Positions 1 to 12,529 of a stretch of DNA of 64,000 nucleotides are shown here, piece after piece (position 1 is the stretch's first letter; each line of letters begins with the position of its first letter). The DNA is from a bacterium (GTDB lineage Bacteria; UBA8248). The notes below the pieces were generated by a model. The model made no database searches. It saw only the letters and a list, made by a program, of their open reading frames with translations, and had not been told where the DNA came from. Made by a program: the position numbers and the translations under genes. The DNA is taken from contig CBDATS010000004.1 in NCBI GenBank assembly GCA_965200245.1, positions 448,001-512,000 on the forward strand. Reading direction: 5' to 3'.

Positions 1-351
1 TCGGAAATCATGCCCGTGGCACGCCATACCCCCCATGATGAAAAACACTCCTGCACCTTGCTCAAGGCGTAGATAAAGGCCAACGGGAAGGAAATCGAGA
101 AAAAGACCACCGAGTGGACGAACAAGACATACACAAACCTCATCCTGGGCACCGCAGGCGTATTTTTCATTGTCCCTTGGCTCTTCACGGATTTGAAGGA
201 CAAGGAAGCAATCGAGATCGAAGCGCTTGAGCAGCGAAACGAAGCTTTACGCCGGCTCGTCGCCGCCAAGGGCTGTGACGAGCCACTCCCCATCGTTACA
301 ATCCAGAGAAAACCGCAGGAAAATACAGGCGATGTCCACTCGCAAAAATGA
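1..351 (+). pseudogene. 5'-partial small lipoprotein-like/membrane protein gene with an in-frame TAG
   Basis: Frame 1 reads ...DEKHSCTLLKA*IKANGKEI...NLILGTAGVFFIVPWLFTDLKDKEAIEIEALEQRNEALRRLVAAKGC... to TGA at 349-351. A single TAG at 70-72 lies where Glu (GAG) would fit. Has a hydrophobic stretch and paired Cys. Confidence 0.5.
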
Positions 352-546
352 ATCAGATATATTTCAGGTTCCGCAGGAGCAGTTCGAAACGCCGCACTCG
401 ATACGGAAGATGGCAGGAATTCGCGGGGTGGATCGTCCGGGCAAACCGGATTGTTCAAATGATTCCCAAAGATTGTTCATCGTTGATGATTTCAGGAACA
501 TATTCATTCAAGCGATTGATTCAATACAAATTACATAACTGATGGG

Positions 547-1431
547 CTAGTCGAGTTCCCTGCCGAGCAGTTCTATGAAGCGTCTCACGCCGCCGTGTAG
601 CGGTTTGTCGCGCCTGTGGATGAGGCCCAGCGGCCGGATAATGCGCTCGCCCTCAAAGGGCAGCACCGCCAGCGTGTTCATGGCCCGTTCGTTGTGTACA
701 GCTGAACTCGGCAGGATACTCACCCAGGTGTCGATGAAAAGCGCCTCCTTTATGCTCTCCACGTTGTCGAACTCCATCACGATGTCCACGCTCACATCCG
801 CCTTGCGCAAGACCCTGTCTATGGCACCGCGGATCGGGATATCGGCATCGAACGCCACGAAGGGCTCTCCCGCAAGGTCTCCAAGCCTCACCGCGTGGCG
901 AAAGGCGAGTTGATGCCCCGGATGGGAGACGAAGAACATGGGCTCATCCTTGAAGGGAACGACCCGCAGCGCCTTGTCCCGTGGAGGATAGGAAAGAATC
1001 CCAACATCGGCCGTATCGTCCAGAACCGACCGCACCACCTTCTCGGGATGCAGACACTCCAGGAGAACCCGCGCCTGGGGATACAGTGTGCGGAAACGCT
1101 GCATGTAGGCGCCCATCTGGTGGAGCCCCACCGAGTAAATGGCTGCGACGCGTACCTGACCGTGCACCTCGCCGATGCCGTGCGATATTTCCGCGCAAAC
1201 CTGGTCGAATTCTCCCAGCATCTTGCGGCAAGCCTCATAGAACCGCGCGCCTTCTTCGGTAACGCCGAAAGGCCGCTTGCTCCTGTCGATCAACTCGACG
1301 CTCAAACCCCCTTCCAGTTGCCGAAGCGCCTGGCTCGCAGCGGGCTGGGTGACGCCGTTCAAGGCGGCTCCCTTGGAAAAGCTTCTCTCCTGAATGACGC
1401 GGCAATAGAGTCGCAAGGTTTCTATGTTCAT
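547..1431 (-). CDS. LysR-family transcriptional regulator, divergent from gltBD
   Basis: N-terminal HTH (SFSKGAALNGVTQPAASQALRQLE) and LysR substrate-binding domain (MEFDNVESIKEA). Confidence 0.93.
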   Translation of the reverse strand: MNIETLRLYCRVIQERSFSKGAALNGVTQPAASQALRQLEGGLSVELIDRSKRPFGVTEEGARFYEACRKMLGEFDQVCAEISHGIGEVHGQVRVAAIYSVGLHQMGAYMQRFRTLYPQARVLLECLHPEKVVRSVLDDTADVGILSYPPRDKALRVVPFKDEPMFFVSHPGHQLAFRHAVRLGDLAGEPFVAFDADIPIRGAIDRVLRKADVSVDIVMEFDNVESIKEALFIDTWVSILPSSAVHNERAMNTLAVLPFEGERIIRPLGLIHRRDKPLHGGVRRFIELLGRELD

Positions 1432-1444
1432 GAGGAAAGACTAC

Positions 1445-1495
1445 AATATAAGCAACATCAATGCAATGAATTAAATGTTTTAGTTTGCCTTATTT
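1445..1495. promoter_or_regulatory. Putative LysR-binding/divergent promoter region
   Basis: AT-rich intergenic segment with imperfect inverted half-sites ATAAGCAA (~1448) and TTGCCTTAT (~1484) between the LysR gene and gltB. Inferred from position. Confidence 0.3.
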
Positions 1496-1629
1496 TCAGC
1501 AGCGTGTTATATTTGAAGTCCGTTTCATGAAATCAGCATACGGTATCCATAGGGCACTTTCAGGAATTCCCCATAGAATGTGTGGGGGATTACCCGAGAA
1601 ACTCTCTGAACAAGAAAGTTGGTGAAACG

Positions 1630-4600
1630 ATGAGAAAACCCTTACAAAAACAGGGTCTGTATGATCCTGCCTTTGAACACGACGCATGCGGCGTGGCTTT
1701 CGTTGCGGACATCAAGGGACGCAAGTCCAACGACATTATCCAGAAATCCCTCACCGTCCTCCGCAACCTCTCCCATCGCGGTGCCACAGGTTCCGAGAGG
1801 AATACAGGAGACGGGGCGGGAATCCTGATTCAGTTACCCCACAAATTCCTCCACAAAGTATGTGAGACGGAAAAATTCAGGGTTCCGGCGGAAGGCCGCT
1901 ATGGAGTGGGTTCGGTGTTTCTCCCCAAATCCCCCAACCAGGCGAACGAATGCGAGCAGATAGTCGAGTCCATCGTATATGAGGAAGGTGCCGACGTTTT
2001 GGGTTGGAGGCCGGTGCCTGCCGATCTCTCCACAGTCGGTCCCACAGCGCGCGAGGCCGCGCCGCAATTCCGCCAAGTCTTCATCGGCGGATTCGACGAC
2101 GAGCTCGACGCGATGGGGATCGAACGCAAGCTCTACGTCATCAAAAAGCGGGTAGAACACGCCGTTCGCGAGTCGGACGTGCGTGACAGGGACGAGTTCT
2201 TCATCCCTTCGCTCTCCGCGCGCACGCTGGTTTACAAGGGGATGCTAACCGCGAAACAACTGGAGAAGGTATTCCCCGATCTCAGCGATCCGGACGTGGA
2301 ATCGGCTCTCGCGCTCATCCACTCACGCTTTTCCACCAACACGTTCCCCTCTTGGCCGCTGGCACACCCGTATCGTTGCCTCGCCCACAACGGCGAGATC
2401 AACACCCTGCGCGGCAACATCAACTGGATGCGCGCCAGAGAGGCATTCTGCGAGTCTCCACACCTGCCCGATCTGGAAAAAATCCTGCCTGTCATCATCG
2501 AAGGCGGAAGCGACTCGGCGATTTTCGACAACGTACTCGAGTTCCTCTACATGGCCGGGCGGGAGATGCCTCACGCTGCCCTGATGATGATCCCCGAACC
2601 CTGGGTGGGGCATGAATCCATGAGTCAGGAAAGGAAGGCGTTCTATGAGTTCCACGCGAGCCTCATGGAGCCGTGGGACGGACCAGCCTGCATCACTTTC
2701 ACTGACGGATCGGTTATCGGTGCCGTGCTGGACAGAAACGGACTGCGACCCGCCAGATATTACGTTACACACGACGATCTGCTCGTCATAGCATCGGAAG
2801 TGGGCGTCCTCGATATCGCGCCCGAAAACGTAAAGCTCAAGGAACGCCTCCATCCAGGACGCATCCTGCTCGTAGACACCGAGGAAGGTCGCATCGTCGA
2901 TGACGAGGAGATCAAGTCGCGCTACGCCTCCGAGCATCCATACCGCGAATGGCTGGACACGCACCAACTCCATCTCGACGAATTGCCCGACACCCCGCAA
3001 CTTCCCGAGCCGGATCACGAAACCATCCTCAACAGACAGAAAATATTTGGATACACGCAAGAGGATTTGCGGTTTTTCATCGGCCCGATGGTGAACCAGA
3101 AAAACGACCCCACCGGCTCGATGGGCAACGACGCGGCACTTGCCGTCCTCTCGAACCGGGCACGTCTTTTGTACGACTATTTCAAGCAACTCTTCGCCCA
3201 GGTGACGAATCCGCCCATCGACGCGATTCGAGAGGAAATCATCACGCAGCTATCCTCGACCGTGGGTCCGCAAAAGAACCTCCTGGCACCACAACCCGAT
3301 TCCTGCCGCCAGGTACAACTCGACTCGCCCATCCTCAACAACGAGGACTTCTATAAGCTCGTGCACATTGAGCAGGCCGATTTGAAGGCCGTCACCCTTC
3401 CCATACTTTTTCGGAGCGAAGACGGCCCCGAAGGACTCGAACAGGCGATGGCCGAGTTGTGCCGAAAGGCCAGCCGGGCCATTGAGCAGGGCTACAGTTT
3501 CATCGTCCTGTCGGATCGGGGCGTATCGAAGGAATATGCCCCCATTCCGGCGCTTCTGGCCACCGCCGGCGTCCACCACCATCTCGTGCGCGAGGGAACA
3601 AGAACACGCATCGGACTGCTCGTCGAGACAGGCGAAGCCCGCCAAGTGCACCACATGTGCCTGTTGCTCGGTTTCGGCGCAGCAACCATCAACCCCTATC
3701 TCGTCTTTGAGACCGTCGACGATATGATCCGAAACGGCCTCATCGAAAACATAGACCTGGATACAGCGCACAGGCACTACATCGCAGCCCTCAACAAGGG
3801 CATTCTCAAGGTGATGTCCAAGATGGGCATCTCGACCATCCAGTCGTATCGGGGTGCGCAGATATTCGAGGCTATCGGCCTGAAACGTGATTTTGTGAAG
3901 AAATACTTTACGTGGACGGCTTCGCGCATCGGTGGAATCGGCATCGACGTTGTGGCCCAGGAGACCTTGAAGCGACTTAACAACGCCTTCCCCGAGAGGC
4001 CCGTCGGATCCCAGGAACTCGAAGGCGGTGGAGACATCCAGTGGCGACGGGACGGGGAGTTCCATCTGTTCAACCCCGAAACCGTCTTCAAGCTCCAGCA
4101 CTCGACGATGTCGGGACGCTATGAAATTTTCAAGGAATACACCGACAAGGTGGACAACCAGAACAAGCATCTGGCTACGTTGCGCGGGCTTCTTGATTTC
4201 CGGTGGGCGGAAGACCCCGTACCTATCGACGAAGTGGAGCCGGTCGAGGATATCATGAGGCGCTTCAGCACGGGCGGCATGTCCTACGGCGCCTTGAGTT
4301 CCGAAGCCCACGAAGCGTTGGCCATCGCCCTGAACCGCATCGGCGGCAAGTCCAACTCGGGCGAAGGCGGGGAGGACGCGGACCGCTATACACCCGATGA
4401 GAACGGCGACTTCCGGCGGAGCGCCGTTCACCAAGTAGCTTCGGGACGCTTCGGCGTGACGAGCGAATATCTGGTCAACTGCACGGATCTGCAGATCAAG
4501 ATGGCCCAGGGCGCGAAGCCCGGAGAGGGGGGGCAGCTACCCGGCCACAAGGTCTACCCCTGGATAGCAAAGACCAGGCACTCCACGCCCGGTGTGGGCC

Positions 4601-6186
4601 TCATCTCTCCGCCACCGCATCACGATATCTATTCGATCGAGGATTTGGCGCAGCTTATATACGACCTCAAGAACTCGAATCCTCAGGCCAATGTTCACGT
4701 GAAACTCGTTTCCGAGGTCGGTGTCGGCACCGTTGCGGCGGGCGTCTCCAAGGCCCACGCCGACACTATCCTCATTTCGGGCCACGACGGCGGCACGGGC
4801 GCCTCGCCCATCACGAGCATCCTCCACGCGGGTACCCCCTGGGAGTTGGGGCTGGCGGAAACGCAGCAGGTTCTCGTGCTCAACAGACTGCGCGACCGGG
4901 TGGCCGTGCAGGTGGACGGGCAGATGAAGACGGGTCGCGACGTTATCGTGGGCGCTCTTCTGGGTGCGGATGAGTTCGGTTTTTCCACCGCACCGCTCGT
5001 GGTGATGGGCTGCATCATGATGCGCGTGTGCCACCTGAACACCTGCCCCGTCGGTGTCGCTTCCCAAGACCCGAAGCTGCGCGAAAAATTTGACGGCAAG
5101 CCCGAGTTTGTGGAGAACTTCTTCCGTTTCGTCGCCGAAGAGGTGCGCGAGTACATGGCCAGGCTCGGATTTCACACGATGGAGGCAATGATCGGGCGTG
5201 TGGACAGGCTCGACACCAAAAAGGCGGTGAACCACTGGAAGGCAAAAGGCCTCGATTTCTCGGCCATCCTCCACAAACCCGACGCCGGACCTGACGCAGC
5301 CATCCGCCAAATCACCAGGCAGGACCACGGCCTCGAACGATCACTCGACATGCGGGAACTGCTACCCCGATGCAAGGAGGCGATCGAGAATAAAACGCCG
5401 ATTAGCTTCGAACTTCCTATTCGCAACACGCACCGGACGGTAGGGACCATTACCGGTTCTGAACTGACGCGCAAACACGGGGGCAAAGGCCTGCCGGATG
5501 ACACCATTCGCATCCACTTCACCGGCTCCGCCGGGCAGAGTTTCGGCGCCTTCATCCCCAACGGGATGACGCTATCGCTCGAGGGCGACGCCAACGACTA
5601 CATGGGCAAGGGGCTCTCGGGCGGCAAGCTGATTGCCTATCCCCCCAACGGGGCAGGATTTGCAGCCGAAGAGAACATCATTACCGGAAACGTGGCACTA
5701 TTCGGAGCCACTTCGGGAGAGGCGTATTTCCGAGGCGTGGCCGGCGAGCGTTTCTGCGTGAGAAACAGCGGCACGTACACGGTGGTGGAGGGTGTGGGAG
5801 ACCACGGCTGCGAATACATGACGGGTGGCCGCGTCGTCATCCTGGGCAAGACGGGCAGAAACTTCGCCGCCGGTATGTCGGGAGGCGTTGCCTACGTGTT
5901 GGACGAGGCGGGTGATTTCGCCAAGCGCTGCAACATGGAGATGGTGGACATTGAGCCACTCCAGGCGCCCGACGATGTCGAGGAGGTGAAGGACCTTATC
6001 AAGAAGCACATCGAATATACGGACAGCACACAGGCAAGAGCGATTTTTGACGCCTGGGACGAGAACCAGCCGCGATTCGTCAAGGTGATGCCGCGCGACT
6101 ACAAGCGCGCACTCACCGCTATCGAAGAAGCGAAGGGCAAGGGCATCCCATGGGAGGAAGCCGTCATGGAGGGAGCTCATGGGTAA
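1630..6186 (+). CDS. gltB: Glutamate synthase large subunit
   Basis: HDACGVAF N-terminal Ntn cysteine, [24 protein letters not shown], 3Fe-4S motif [13 protein letters not shown] and C-terminal GXGXG domain. ATG at 1630. Confidence 0.98.
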   Translation: MRKPLQKQGLYDPAFEHDACGVAFVADIKGRKSNDIIQKSLTVLRNLSHRGATGSERNTGDGAGILIQLPHKFLHKVCETEKFRVPAEGRYGVGSVFLPKSPNQANECEQIVESIVYEEGADVLGWRPVPADLSTVGPTAREAAPQFRQVFIGGFDDELDAMGIERKLYVIKKRVEHAVRESDVRDRDEFFIPSLSARTLVYKGMLTAKQLEKVFPDLSDPDVESALALIHSRFSTNTFPSWPLAHPYRCLAHNGEINTLRGNINWMRAREAFCESPHLPDLEKILPVIIEGGSDSAIFDNVLEFLYMAGREMPHAALMMIPEPWVGHESMSQERKAFYEFHASLMEPWDGPACITFTDGSVIGAVLDRNGLRPARYYVTHDDLLVIASEVGVLDIAPENVKLKERLHPGRILLVDTEEGRIVDDEEIKSRYASEHPYREWLDTHQLHLDELPDTPQLPEPDHETILNRQKIFGYTQEDLRFFIGPMVNQKNDPTGSMGNDAALAVLSNRARLLYDYFKQLFAQVTNPPIDAIREEIITQLSSTVGPQKNLLAPQPDSCRQVQLDSPILNNEDFYKLVHIEQADLKAVTLPILFRSEDGPEGLEQAMAELCRKASRAIEQGYSFIVLSDRGVSKEYAPIPALLATAGVHHHLVREGTRTRIGLLVETGEARQVHHMCLLLGFGAATINPYLVFETVDDMIRNGLIENIDLDTAHRHYIAALNKGILKVMSKMGISTIQSYRGAQIFEAIGLKRDFVKKYFTWTASRIGGIGIDVVAQETLKRLNNAFPERPVGSQELEGGGDIQWRRDGEFHLFNPETVFKLQHSTMSGRYEIFKEYTDKVDNQNKHLATLRGLLDFRWAEDPVPIDEVEPVEDIMRRFSTGGMSYGALSSEAHEALAIALNRIGGKSNSGEGGEDADRYTPDENGDFRRSAVHQVASGRFGVTSEYLVNCTDLQIKMAQGAKPGEGGQLPGHKVYPWIAKTRHSTPGVGLISPPPHHDIYSIEDLAQLIYDLKNSNPQANVHVKLVSEVGVGTVAAGVSKAHADTILISGHDGGTGASPITSILHAGTPWELGLAETQQVLVLNRLRDRVAVQVDGQMKTGRDVIVGALLGADEFGFSTAPLVVMGCIMMRVCHLNTCPVGVASQDPKLREKFDGKPEFVENFFRFVAEEVREYMARLGFHTMEAMIGRVDRLDTKKAVNHWKAKGLDFSAILHKPDAGPDAAIRQITRQDHGLERSLDMRELLPRCKEAIENKTPISFELPIRNTHRTVGTITGSELTRKHGGKGLPDDTIRIHFTGSAGQSFGAFIPNGMTLSLEGDANDYMGKGLSGGKLIAYPPNGAGFAAEENIITGNVALFGATSGEAYFRGVAGERFCVRNSGTYTVVEGVGDHGCEYMTGGRVVILGKTGRNFAAGMSGGVAYVLDEAGDFAKRCNMEMVDIEPLQAPDDVEEVKDLIKKHIEYTDSTQARAIFDAWDENQPRFVKVMPRDYKRALTAIEEAKGKGIPWEEAVMEGAHG

Positions 6187-7630
6187 GCCGACGGGTTTTG
6201 TAGAATTCGGAAGAGAAGCGCCCAAAACGAGGCCGGTGGAAGAGCGTGTCCACGACTGGGACGTTGTCTACCTTCCCACGCCACACGAGACCCTCAAACG
6301 TCAAGGCGCGCGTTGTATGGACTGCGGTATTCCCTTCTGCCACCAGGAATGCCCGCTGGGCAACCTGATCCCCGACTGGAACGATCTGGTCTACCGGGAT
6401 TTGTGGAAAGACGCCATCGACAGGCTCCACGCAACGAATAATTTCCCCGAGTTCACCGGCTGGCTATGTCCCGCTCCGTGCGAGGATTCCTGCGTTCTGA
6501 CCATCAACGACTCTCCGGTGACGATCAAGGAGATTGAGAAATCCGTTATCGAGCACGCCTTCGAACAGGGCTGGGTGAAAGCGACCACGCCTGCGGTGCG
6601 CACCGACAGGAAAGTTGCCGTCGTAGGCTCAGGGCCGGCGGGTCTGGCCGCCGCCCAGCAACTCAACTGGGCAGGGCACTACGTCACAGTCTTCGAGCGG
6701 GATGACAAGCTCGGCGGGCTCATGCGCTACGGGATACCGGATTTCAAGATGGACAAGACCTACATCGACCGCCGCACGCAGCAGATGAAGGAAGAGGGCG
6801 TGACGTTTCGCGTGAACGCGAACGTGGGCGTCGACCCAAAGGTTTCCGAGCTACAGGAAGAGTTCGACGCCATCGTGCTGGCCGCAGGTGCTTTGCAACA
6901 CAGGGATTTGCAGATTCCGGGCCGAGAGCTGGAAGGCATCTACTTCGGCATGCGCTACCTCACCATGCAGAACCGGCAGCTCACGGGCGGGAACATGCCG
7001 GACGAGGAAGTCATAACCGCGAAGGACAAGCACGTGGTTGTCATCGGCGGCGGCGACACGGGCGCTGACTGCGTGGGCACAGCCCACAGGCAGGGGGCAA
7101 AATCCGTCCGGCAGTTCCAGTACCACCCGCGTCCCCCTGACAAGCGGAACCCGTTGGACGACCCGTGGCCGAACTATGCGAACATCTTTCGTACAGCACC
7201 CATGTATGAAGAAGGCGGGGAGCGCATCTTTCAGATTCAGACCCGTCGTTTTCTGGGGGAAAACGGCCATGTGCGCAAAATCGACACCGTAAAGGTGGAC
7301 GAATCGCACGATGATTCTGGAAGGGCCGTCTTCACCGAGATTCCGGGCACGGAGGAGGAAATCGATGCGGACCTCGTGCTCATCGCCATCGGTTTTCAGG
7401 GTCCCGACTGCCATCCCTTGCTGGAAGAACTGAATCTCAAGCGCACCGGGCGTGGCGCGGTAAGCCGCGACGAGCGATGGATGACGAACGCACCCGGCGT
7501 CTTCGTGGCGGGCGACATGATGCGTGGTGCATCCCTAGTGGTCTGGGCGATAGCGGATGGACGCTCCTGCGCCCGCGCCGTGGACGAATACCTCATGGGA
7601 GAATCGCACCTGCCCGCCCCGCTGGAGTAG
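6179..7630 (+). CDS. gltD: Glutamate synthase small subunit
   Basis: MGKPTGF start, [10 protein letters not shown] and CPAPCE Fe-S motifs, GSGPAG and GGGDTGADC nucleotide-binding motifs. Overlaps the gltB stop. Confidence 0.97.
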   Translation: MGKPTGFVEFGREAPKTRPVEERVHDWDVVYLPTPHETLKRQGARCMDCGIPFCHQECPLGNLIPDWNDLVYRDLWKDAIDRLHATNNFPEFTGWLCPAPCEDSCVLTINDSPVTIKEIEKSVIEHAFEQGWVKATTPAVRTDRKVAVVGSGPAGLAAAQQLNWAGHYVTVFERDDKLGGLMRYGIPDFKMDKTYIDRRTQQMKEEGVTFRVNANVGVDPKVSELQEEFDAIVLAAGALQHRDLQIPGRELEGIYFGMRYLTMQNRQLTGGNMPDEEVITAKDKHVVVIGGGDTGADCVGTAHRQGAKSVRQFQYHPRPPDKRNPLDDPWPNYANIFRTAPMYEEGGERIFQIQTRRFLGENGHVRKIDTVKVDESHDDSGRAVFTEIPGTEEEIDADLVLIAIGFQGPDCHPLLEELNLKRTGRGAVSRDERWMTNAPGVFVAGDMMRGASLVVWAIADGRSCARAVDEYLMGESHLPAPLE

Positions 7631-7694
7631 GCGACGTTTCCTGAGGTTTGCGTCCTTCTCGATTCATCAACTTTCGAGAAGCTATCCACGAAAC

Positions 7695-7727
7695 AAGCCC
7701 GGCGAAGGGATCCTCCGCCGGGCTTTT
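7695..7727 (+). terminator. Rho-independent terminator after gltD
   Basis: AAGCCCGGCG-aagggatcctc-CGCCGGGCTT followed by TT. Confidence 0.7.
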
Positions 7728-7773
7728 GCTTCATCACATGGCTGCAGGAACTCCTGAACAACCGGGATTCACA

Positions 7774-8160
7774 CTAGTTCGCCAGCACCTCGTTCCTGAT
7801 GGGCTCGATATCGAAAACTTCGGGCTTCTTCATGTCCACCGTCACCTTGACGGCGTGCATCTGCTTCACGCCGAATACCTGAAGCACAAATATGTTCGGC
7901 GCTTTTTGGAGGAGCGGACGCGTAATCTTGCATTTGTGGCTGTCCCCGTAGATCAGAAAAACCGGCCTTGAACATATCGGCGTGGACCGCGACCACGATG
8001 GCTCTGGCGGCAACCCCTTTCTCGAAACCTGCGTTCAACCAAGCGCCACGAAGGTGAAGGGCTTATTGGCCGAGGCGACACCCGTCGTCAGCGCGAGCAG
8101 CGCAGCCGCGAAGGACAAGGCACCTAGGCATTTTTCCCAAAGTGATGCGGAATTTTCCAT
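7774..8160 (-). pseudogene. Internally deleted, frameshifted secreted metallophosphoesterase-like gene
   Basis: Signal peptide plus FTFVALG(D) start jumps directly to C-terminal blocks in other frames (ARAIVVAVHADMF; FLIYGDSHK...VLQVFG...HAVKVTVD). Confidence 0.6.
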
Positions 8161-8381
8161 CGAACCCATCCAACTGTCCCCCATGTTTAGGTCAAAGAAA
8201 GTTACGGCCTCTTCCACGAACGAAGAAAATCTTCCGTTCGACGTTCCTGGCCATTGCGGATCTTGGCACTCAATCGGGGGAAATATAAAAAATATCTCGA
8301 GAGGAAAGGTTACGAACAGGTGACGATTCTATGGACTTACGATAAATCGAGGGTAGGTAGATAATATCCCGGCACCCAAAC

Positions 8382-9260
8382 CTAGTTGCGCCAGCCCAGC
8401 CTGTCCACCATGCGCAGGAGGATATCCGAGCGGTTGAGTGCATACACGTGAAAATGCCTGGCGCCCAGTTCCATCAACTCCTGAATCTGAGCCGCCGCAA
8501 GTTCTGCCGACTTTTCCTGAAACGCCTCCGTGTCATCCTGGTGGGGCGCAAGATACTCCACAACGCTCGGGGGCACGCTGGCCCCGCACTTTCCCGCAAA
8601 ACGCTGCACCTGGGCCACGTCGCGCACGGGCAGGATGCCCGGTGCCAGCGGGATCGTAACGCCCCGCCTCGTCATCTGCTCCATGAACCGCTCCCAGACA
8701 GAAGCCTCGAAAAAGAACTGCGAAGCCGCATAATCGGCACCCTGATCCACCTTGCGGGCAAAGTGATCCATGTCTTCGTTCTTGTCGGGCGTTTCGGGGT
8801 GCCCCTCTGGATAGCAGGCCACGCCAATCGAGGAGAGTCCACCCAGGGTTCTGAGCCACCGGACGAGATCCGCAGCGTAGCGGAACTCGCCGGACACCGC
8901 CTCTTCACGCGTCATGCCCTCAGGGATGTCTCCCCGAAGCGCCAGGATGTCATTCACCCCGTTTTCCTGATAGATGGCCATCAGACGCGAAATTTCCGCC
9001 TCGTTCGCGCCCACGCAGGTGAGATGCGCCACCACGCGGCCCGGATAGAGCCTCGAAAGCTCCAGCACGAGTTCGAGCGTGCCCTCCTGCGTGGAACCGC
9101 CCGCTCCGTAGGTCACCGAGGTGAAGGCGACATCCATCGCGTCCTGAATCGCCGCCACCTCGCGCAGGGTACGATCCACCGCCTTTCGTCCCCTGGGCGG
9201 ATAGAGTTCGATGGAAACGCTTACCCTCTCGGAAACAATGCTCTCGGTGATGGCGGACAA
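8382..9260 (-). CDS. metF: 5,10-methylenetetrahydrofolate reductase
   Basis: SIELYPP, SVTYGAGG, AHLTC, LALRGD, ACYPEGHPE, SQFFF, HFHVYALNR. Probable TTG start at 9260 after a GGAGGG RBS. Confidence 0.93.
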   Translation of the reverse strand: MSAITESIVSERVSVSIELYPPRGRKAVDRTLREVAAIQDAMDVAFTSVTYGAGGSTQEGTLELVLELSRLYPGRVVAHLTCVGANEAEISRLMAIYQENGVNDILALRGDIPEGMTREEAVSGEFRYAADLVRWLRTLGGLSSIGVACYPEGHPETPDKNEDMDHFARKVDQGADYAASQFFFEASVWERFMEQMTRRGVTIPLAPGILPVRDVAQVQRFAGKCGASVPPSVVEYLAPHQDDTEAFQEKSAELAAAQIQELMELGARHFHVYALNRSDILLRMVDRLGWRN

Positions 9261-9312
9261 ACCGCTACCCTTTCCCTCCGCTCTCGGGCGGACATCGGCA
9301 GAATGAGAGACG

Positions 9313-9348
9313 CAAAAAACGGGCGCGGGGCGAATCCACCCCGCGCCC
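9313..9348 (-). terminator. Rho-independent terminator of the sodA-peroxiredoxin unit
   Basis: GGGCGCGGGG/CCCCGCGCCC stem followed on the minus strand by GTTTTTT. Confidence 0.75.
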
Positions 9349-9373
9349 AGAAGCACAAACCTCAGGAGCAGGC

Positions 9374-9838
9374 CTAGTTCAGACCCTCAAGCGCCGCGAA
9401 GAGCTTTTCATCGTCGGGTTTCTCGGGCGGAGCCGCCGTCTGCTCCATATAGGCGACATTCCCGTCCTTGTTGACAAGAATCACCGCGCGGTTGCTGAAA
9501 CCCTTGTCGTTCAGCAAGCCATAAGCCGCACACGTTTCCTTGCCGAAAAAGTCGCTCAGTAACGGGAATTCGATGCCGTACTTCTCCGCCCAAGCAACGT
9601 GGGCGAACGGGCTGTCCACGCTGATGCCGATGACCTCGCAGTCGGCGGTGTCAAACCTCGCCTTCTCCTGCTGATAGGCGGGCAGCTGTTCGCTGCATAC
9701 GGAGGAGAAATCGAACGGATAGAAGCAAAGGAGCACGTTCTTCTTGCCACGGTAATCGCTCAACTTGATCGTGTCACCTTCTGCGAGAGTTCTCGGCAGT
9801 TCGAAGTCGGGAGCCGCGTCACCTACGCTCAAAGCCAT
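9374..9838 (-). CDS. Peroxiredoxin (AhpC/TSA, AhpE-like)
   Basis: [20 protein letters not shown] (peroxidatic Cys), GISVDS, FPLLSD, conserved Arg in NRAVILV. Confidence 0.92.
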   Translation of the reverse strand: MALSVGDAAPDFELPRTLAEGDTIKLSDYRGKKNVLLCFYPFDFSSVCSEQLPAYQQEKARFDTADCEVIGISVDSPFAHVAWAEKYGIEFPLLSDFFGKETCAAYGLLNDKGFSNRAVILVNKDGNVAYMEQTAAPPEKPDDEKLFAALEGLN

Positions 9839-9851
9839 GGAAAAAATCCTC

Positions 9852-10439
<588 letters not shown>

Positions 10440-10685
10440 TTCGTTTTCTCCTTGATGGGAATGGAATGTTCTGATTCACATGGCAAAAATGAAGCTACAG
10501 AGGCCAATGCCCCTAAAACTTATCGAATCTCCGCAACTCGCATGAGCGGCGATGTGAGAAGCTGCGGATGAATTTTCCGTTTAGCGTAAATTTTCTCTCT
10601 GCCCTGGTTCATGAGCGCGCGTATTCTACTTTCAGGGATCGACTGCGTCAAACCACATCCCAAACAGGAACGGCCCACCATTCGG

Positions 10686-11585
10686 CTATTCCGGTGCGTC
10701 CATTTTCTGTATCTGGTCGAAGTCGCGGTAGAGCAGCGTCAGGTCTTCTTCGATCATCCCCCGATCGACGGCCTTCCTTAAAAACGTGAGCGTGTGCTCG
10801 GCAAGTTGGATGTCAGCACCTCGTCTGCGCCCGATGCCGACGGCGAGGCCGACGTCTTTTTGCAGGTTGTAGATGCGCGCCTGTCCGTTCCACGTTCCCG
10901 AAAGGATGTTGTTCGGAAAACGGTGGCGGCTCGCATAGCTGTAGGCCGTCGAGGCGTTGAAGATGTCGATCATGTCCTCGACACGCATCCCAAGTCGTTC
11001 GACCAGGCGCGCACCCTCGCACGTCGCCAGGAACATCGTGTGAAGTACCATGTTGTGGATGAGTTTCATGGTGTGGCCCGAACCCAATGCGCCCAGATGG
11101 AATATGTGACCCACACAGGGTTTCAGGTATTGCCTCGTGCGCTTGAGGAGTTCTTCGTCCCCTCCGATCATGAGGGTGAGCTTCCCCTCCAGGATATTAC
11201 CCGGACCGCCGCTCATGCCTGCGTCGAGATAGCCCAGCCCCGCACGCTCGGCACGCTTCGCAAGGCGCTTCGTCTTCGCCGGGTCTGAGGTCGTGAGGTC
11301 GTAGATTACGAGGCCTTTCTCCGGATTCTTGAGCAGGCCGTCCTTCCCCTTGAAGCAAATCGCGATTTCTTCCGATGAGGGTACGACGAAGAAGACGACC
11401 GCGCAGGTCTCGCCCATCTCGCGTGGCGTGGCGATAGCCACACCCTCTGTTCCCTCGAACGGTTTGCGCCTCTCCTCCGAAATGTCCCAGATCATCAAGG
11501 GCATCTTCGCCTGGATAAACCTTAGCGCCACGGGACCTCCCATGCGACCCAGGCCGATGACGCCTACGCTCTTTCGTTTCGCCAT
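10686..11585 (-). CDS. NAD(P)-dependent oxidoreductase, 3-hydroxyisobutyrate dehydrogenase family
   Basis: GVIGLGRMG Rossmann motif, DAGMSGG, LTLMIGG, GSGHTMKLIHN (catalytic Lys). Confidence 0.88.
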   Translation of the reverse strand: MAKRKSVGVIGLGRMGGPVALRFIQAKMPLMIWDISEERRKPFEGTEGVAIATPREMGETCAVVFFVVPSSEEIAICFKGKDGLLKNPEKGLVIYDLTTSDPAKTKRLAKRAERAGLGYLDAGMSGGPGNILEGKLTLMIGGDEELLKRTRQYLKPCVGHIFHLGALGSGHTMKLIHNMVLHTMFLATCEGARLVERLGMRVEDMIDIFNASTAYSYASRHRFPNNILSGTWNGQARIYNLQKDVGLAVGIGRRRGADIQLAEHTLTFLRKAVDRGMIEEDLTLLYRDFDQIQKMDAPE

Positions 11586-11623
11586 GAAATACCCCGGAGA
11601 ATCGAGAAAGTGGAGGAATACAT

Positions 11624-11700
11624 TGGAGCCGACGACCGGACTTGAACCGGTGACCTGCTGATTACGAATCAGCTGCTCTACCTGCCTGAGCTACGTCGGC
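11624..11700 (-). tRNA. tRNA-Thr(CGT)
   Basis: Reverse complement GCCGACGTAGCTCAG...GCTGA TT CGT AA TCAGC...GGTTCAAGTCC...GTCGGCTCCA. Cloverleaf with encoded CCA. Confidence 0.97.
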
Positions 11701-11833
11701 TGGAAAAGCATGGAACCCTGGCGAGGCTCACGTTCCCATGAGGAAGGTATTGAACACGCCGCCCCCCCCTTCGTCAAGCCAACGACGGCGCGAGCTCAAT
11801 TCGCGCTGCCGCTTTCACGGTTTATCGAACGGC

Positions 11834-11862
11834 TTGACTTACGCGCCGACGCATCGTAAATC
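11834..11862 (+). promoter_or_regulatory. Putative sigma70 promoter for tRNA-Lys
   Basis: TTGACT (11834), 17-nt spacer, TAAATC (11857), about 12 nt upstream of the tRNA. Confidence 0.45.
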
Positions 11863-11874
11863 TCTTTTCTCTTC

Positions 11875-11950
<76 letters not shown>

Positions 11951-11956
11951 CAAATC

Positions 11957-11978
11957 ACCCCGAATCCGTTCGGGTTTC
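11957..11978 (+). terminator. Short hairpin/terminator after tRNA-Lys
   Basis: CCCGAA-tccg-TTCGGG followed by TTT. Confidence 0.45.
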
Positions 11979-12113
11979 ATACAATACCTCACAGGAACGC
12001 CCGGCCAACGGCAAGTGAGGGCGGGGGAAGGCTGTGCCCCCGTATCGGGGCTGGTTCGCTCGCCTGTGACCGCTCCCTGGTCGATTTCCGCACCTACAAG
12101 ATGGAGACAGAAT

Positions 12114-12497
12114 ATGGACAACGCCGAGAAGAAGGCCTTGATGGATCAGATGGTCGCCGACCGCGGCTGGGTATTGCCGGAACAGGAGTATTATATCGAA
12201 AAGGACCCCGAATACCACGCCAGGCAGAGCGCGGTGTACAATCACGTCCTCAAGCGCGAGGGGGCACTTTCTGAAAAGATGCGCGAGATCATCACCGTCA
12301 CCGCCCTTTGCGTGCGACTGCCTAGCACGGAGGTGGAAACCTACGTTAAAAATCACATCCGGCGTGCGCTGGACCTGGGAGCCACCGAGGATGAAATATT
12401 CGAGGCCGTGCAATGTCTCATCTTCCCGGCCGGCGGCCCCTCACTGATGATGGGCATCAAGTGCCTACGCGCTGTCCTGGAAGAGCGGAAGACTTGA
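12114..12497 (+). CDS. Carboxymuconolactone decarboxylase (CMD/AhpD-like) family protein
   Basis: GALSEKMREII..., HIRRALDLGATEDEIFEA, PAGGP. GGAGA RBS before the ATG at 12114. No CxxC. Confidence 0.85.
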   Translation: MDNAEKKALMDQMVADRGWVLPEQEYYIEKDPEYHARQSAVYNHVLKREGALSEKMREIITVTALCVRLPSTEVETYVKNHIRRALDLGATEDEIFEAVQCLIFPAGGPSLMMGIKCLRAVLEERKT

Positions 12498-12529
12498 GAT
12501 TATCAATACCCCTCCCTGGGAGACACTAC

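Noticed and set aside
9261-9312. SAM/SAH riboswitch upstream of metF
   Set aside because: Only about 50 nt lie between the terminator and the start, with no recognisable riboswitch consensus.
9374-9838. Sec-containing peroxiredoxin
   Set aside because: The peroxidatic residue is a normal TGC Cys; no in-frame TGA.
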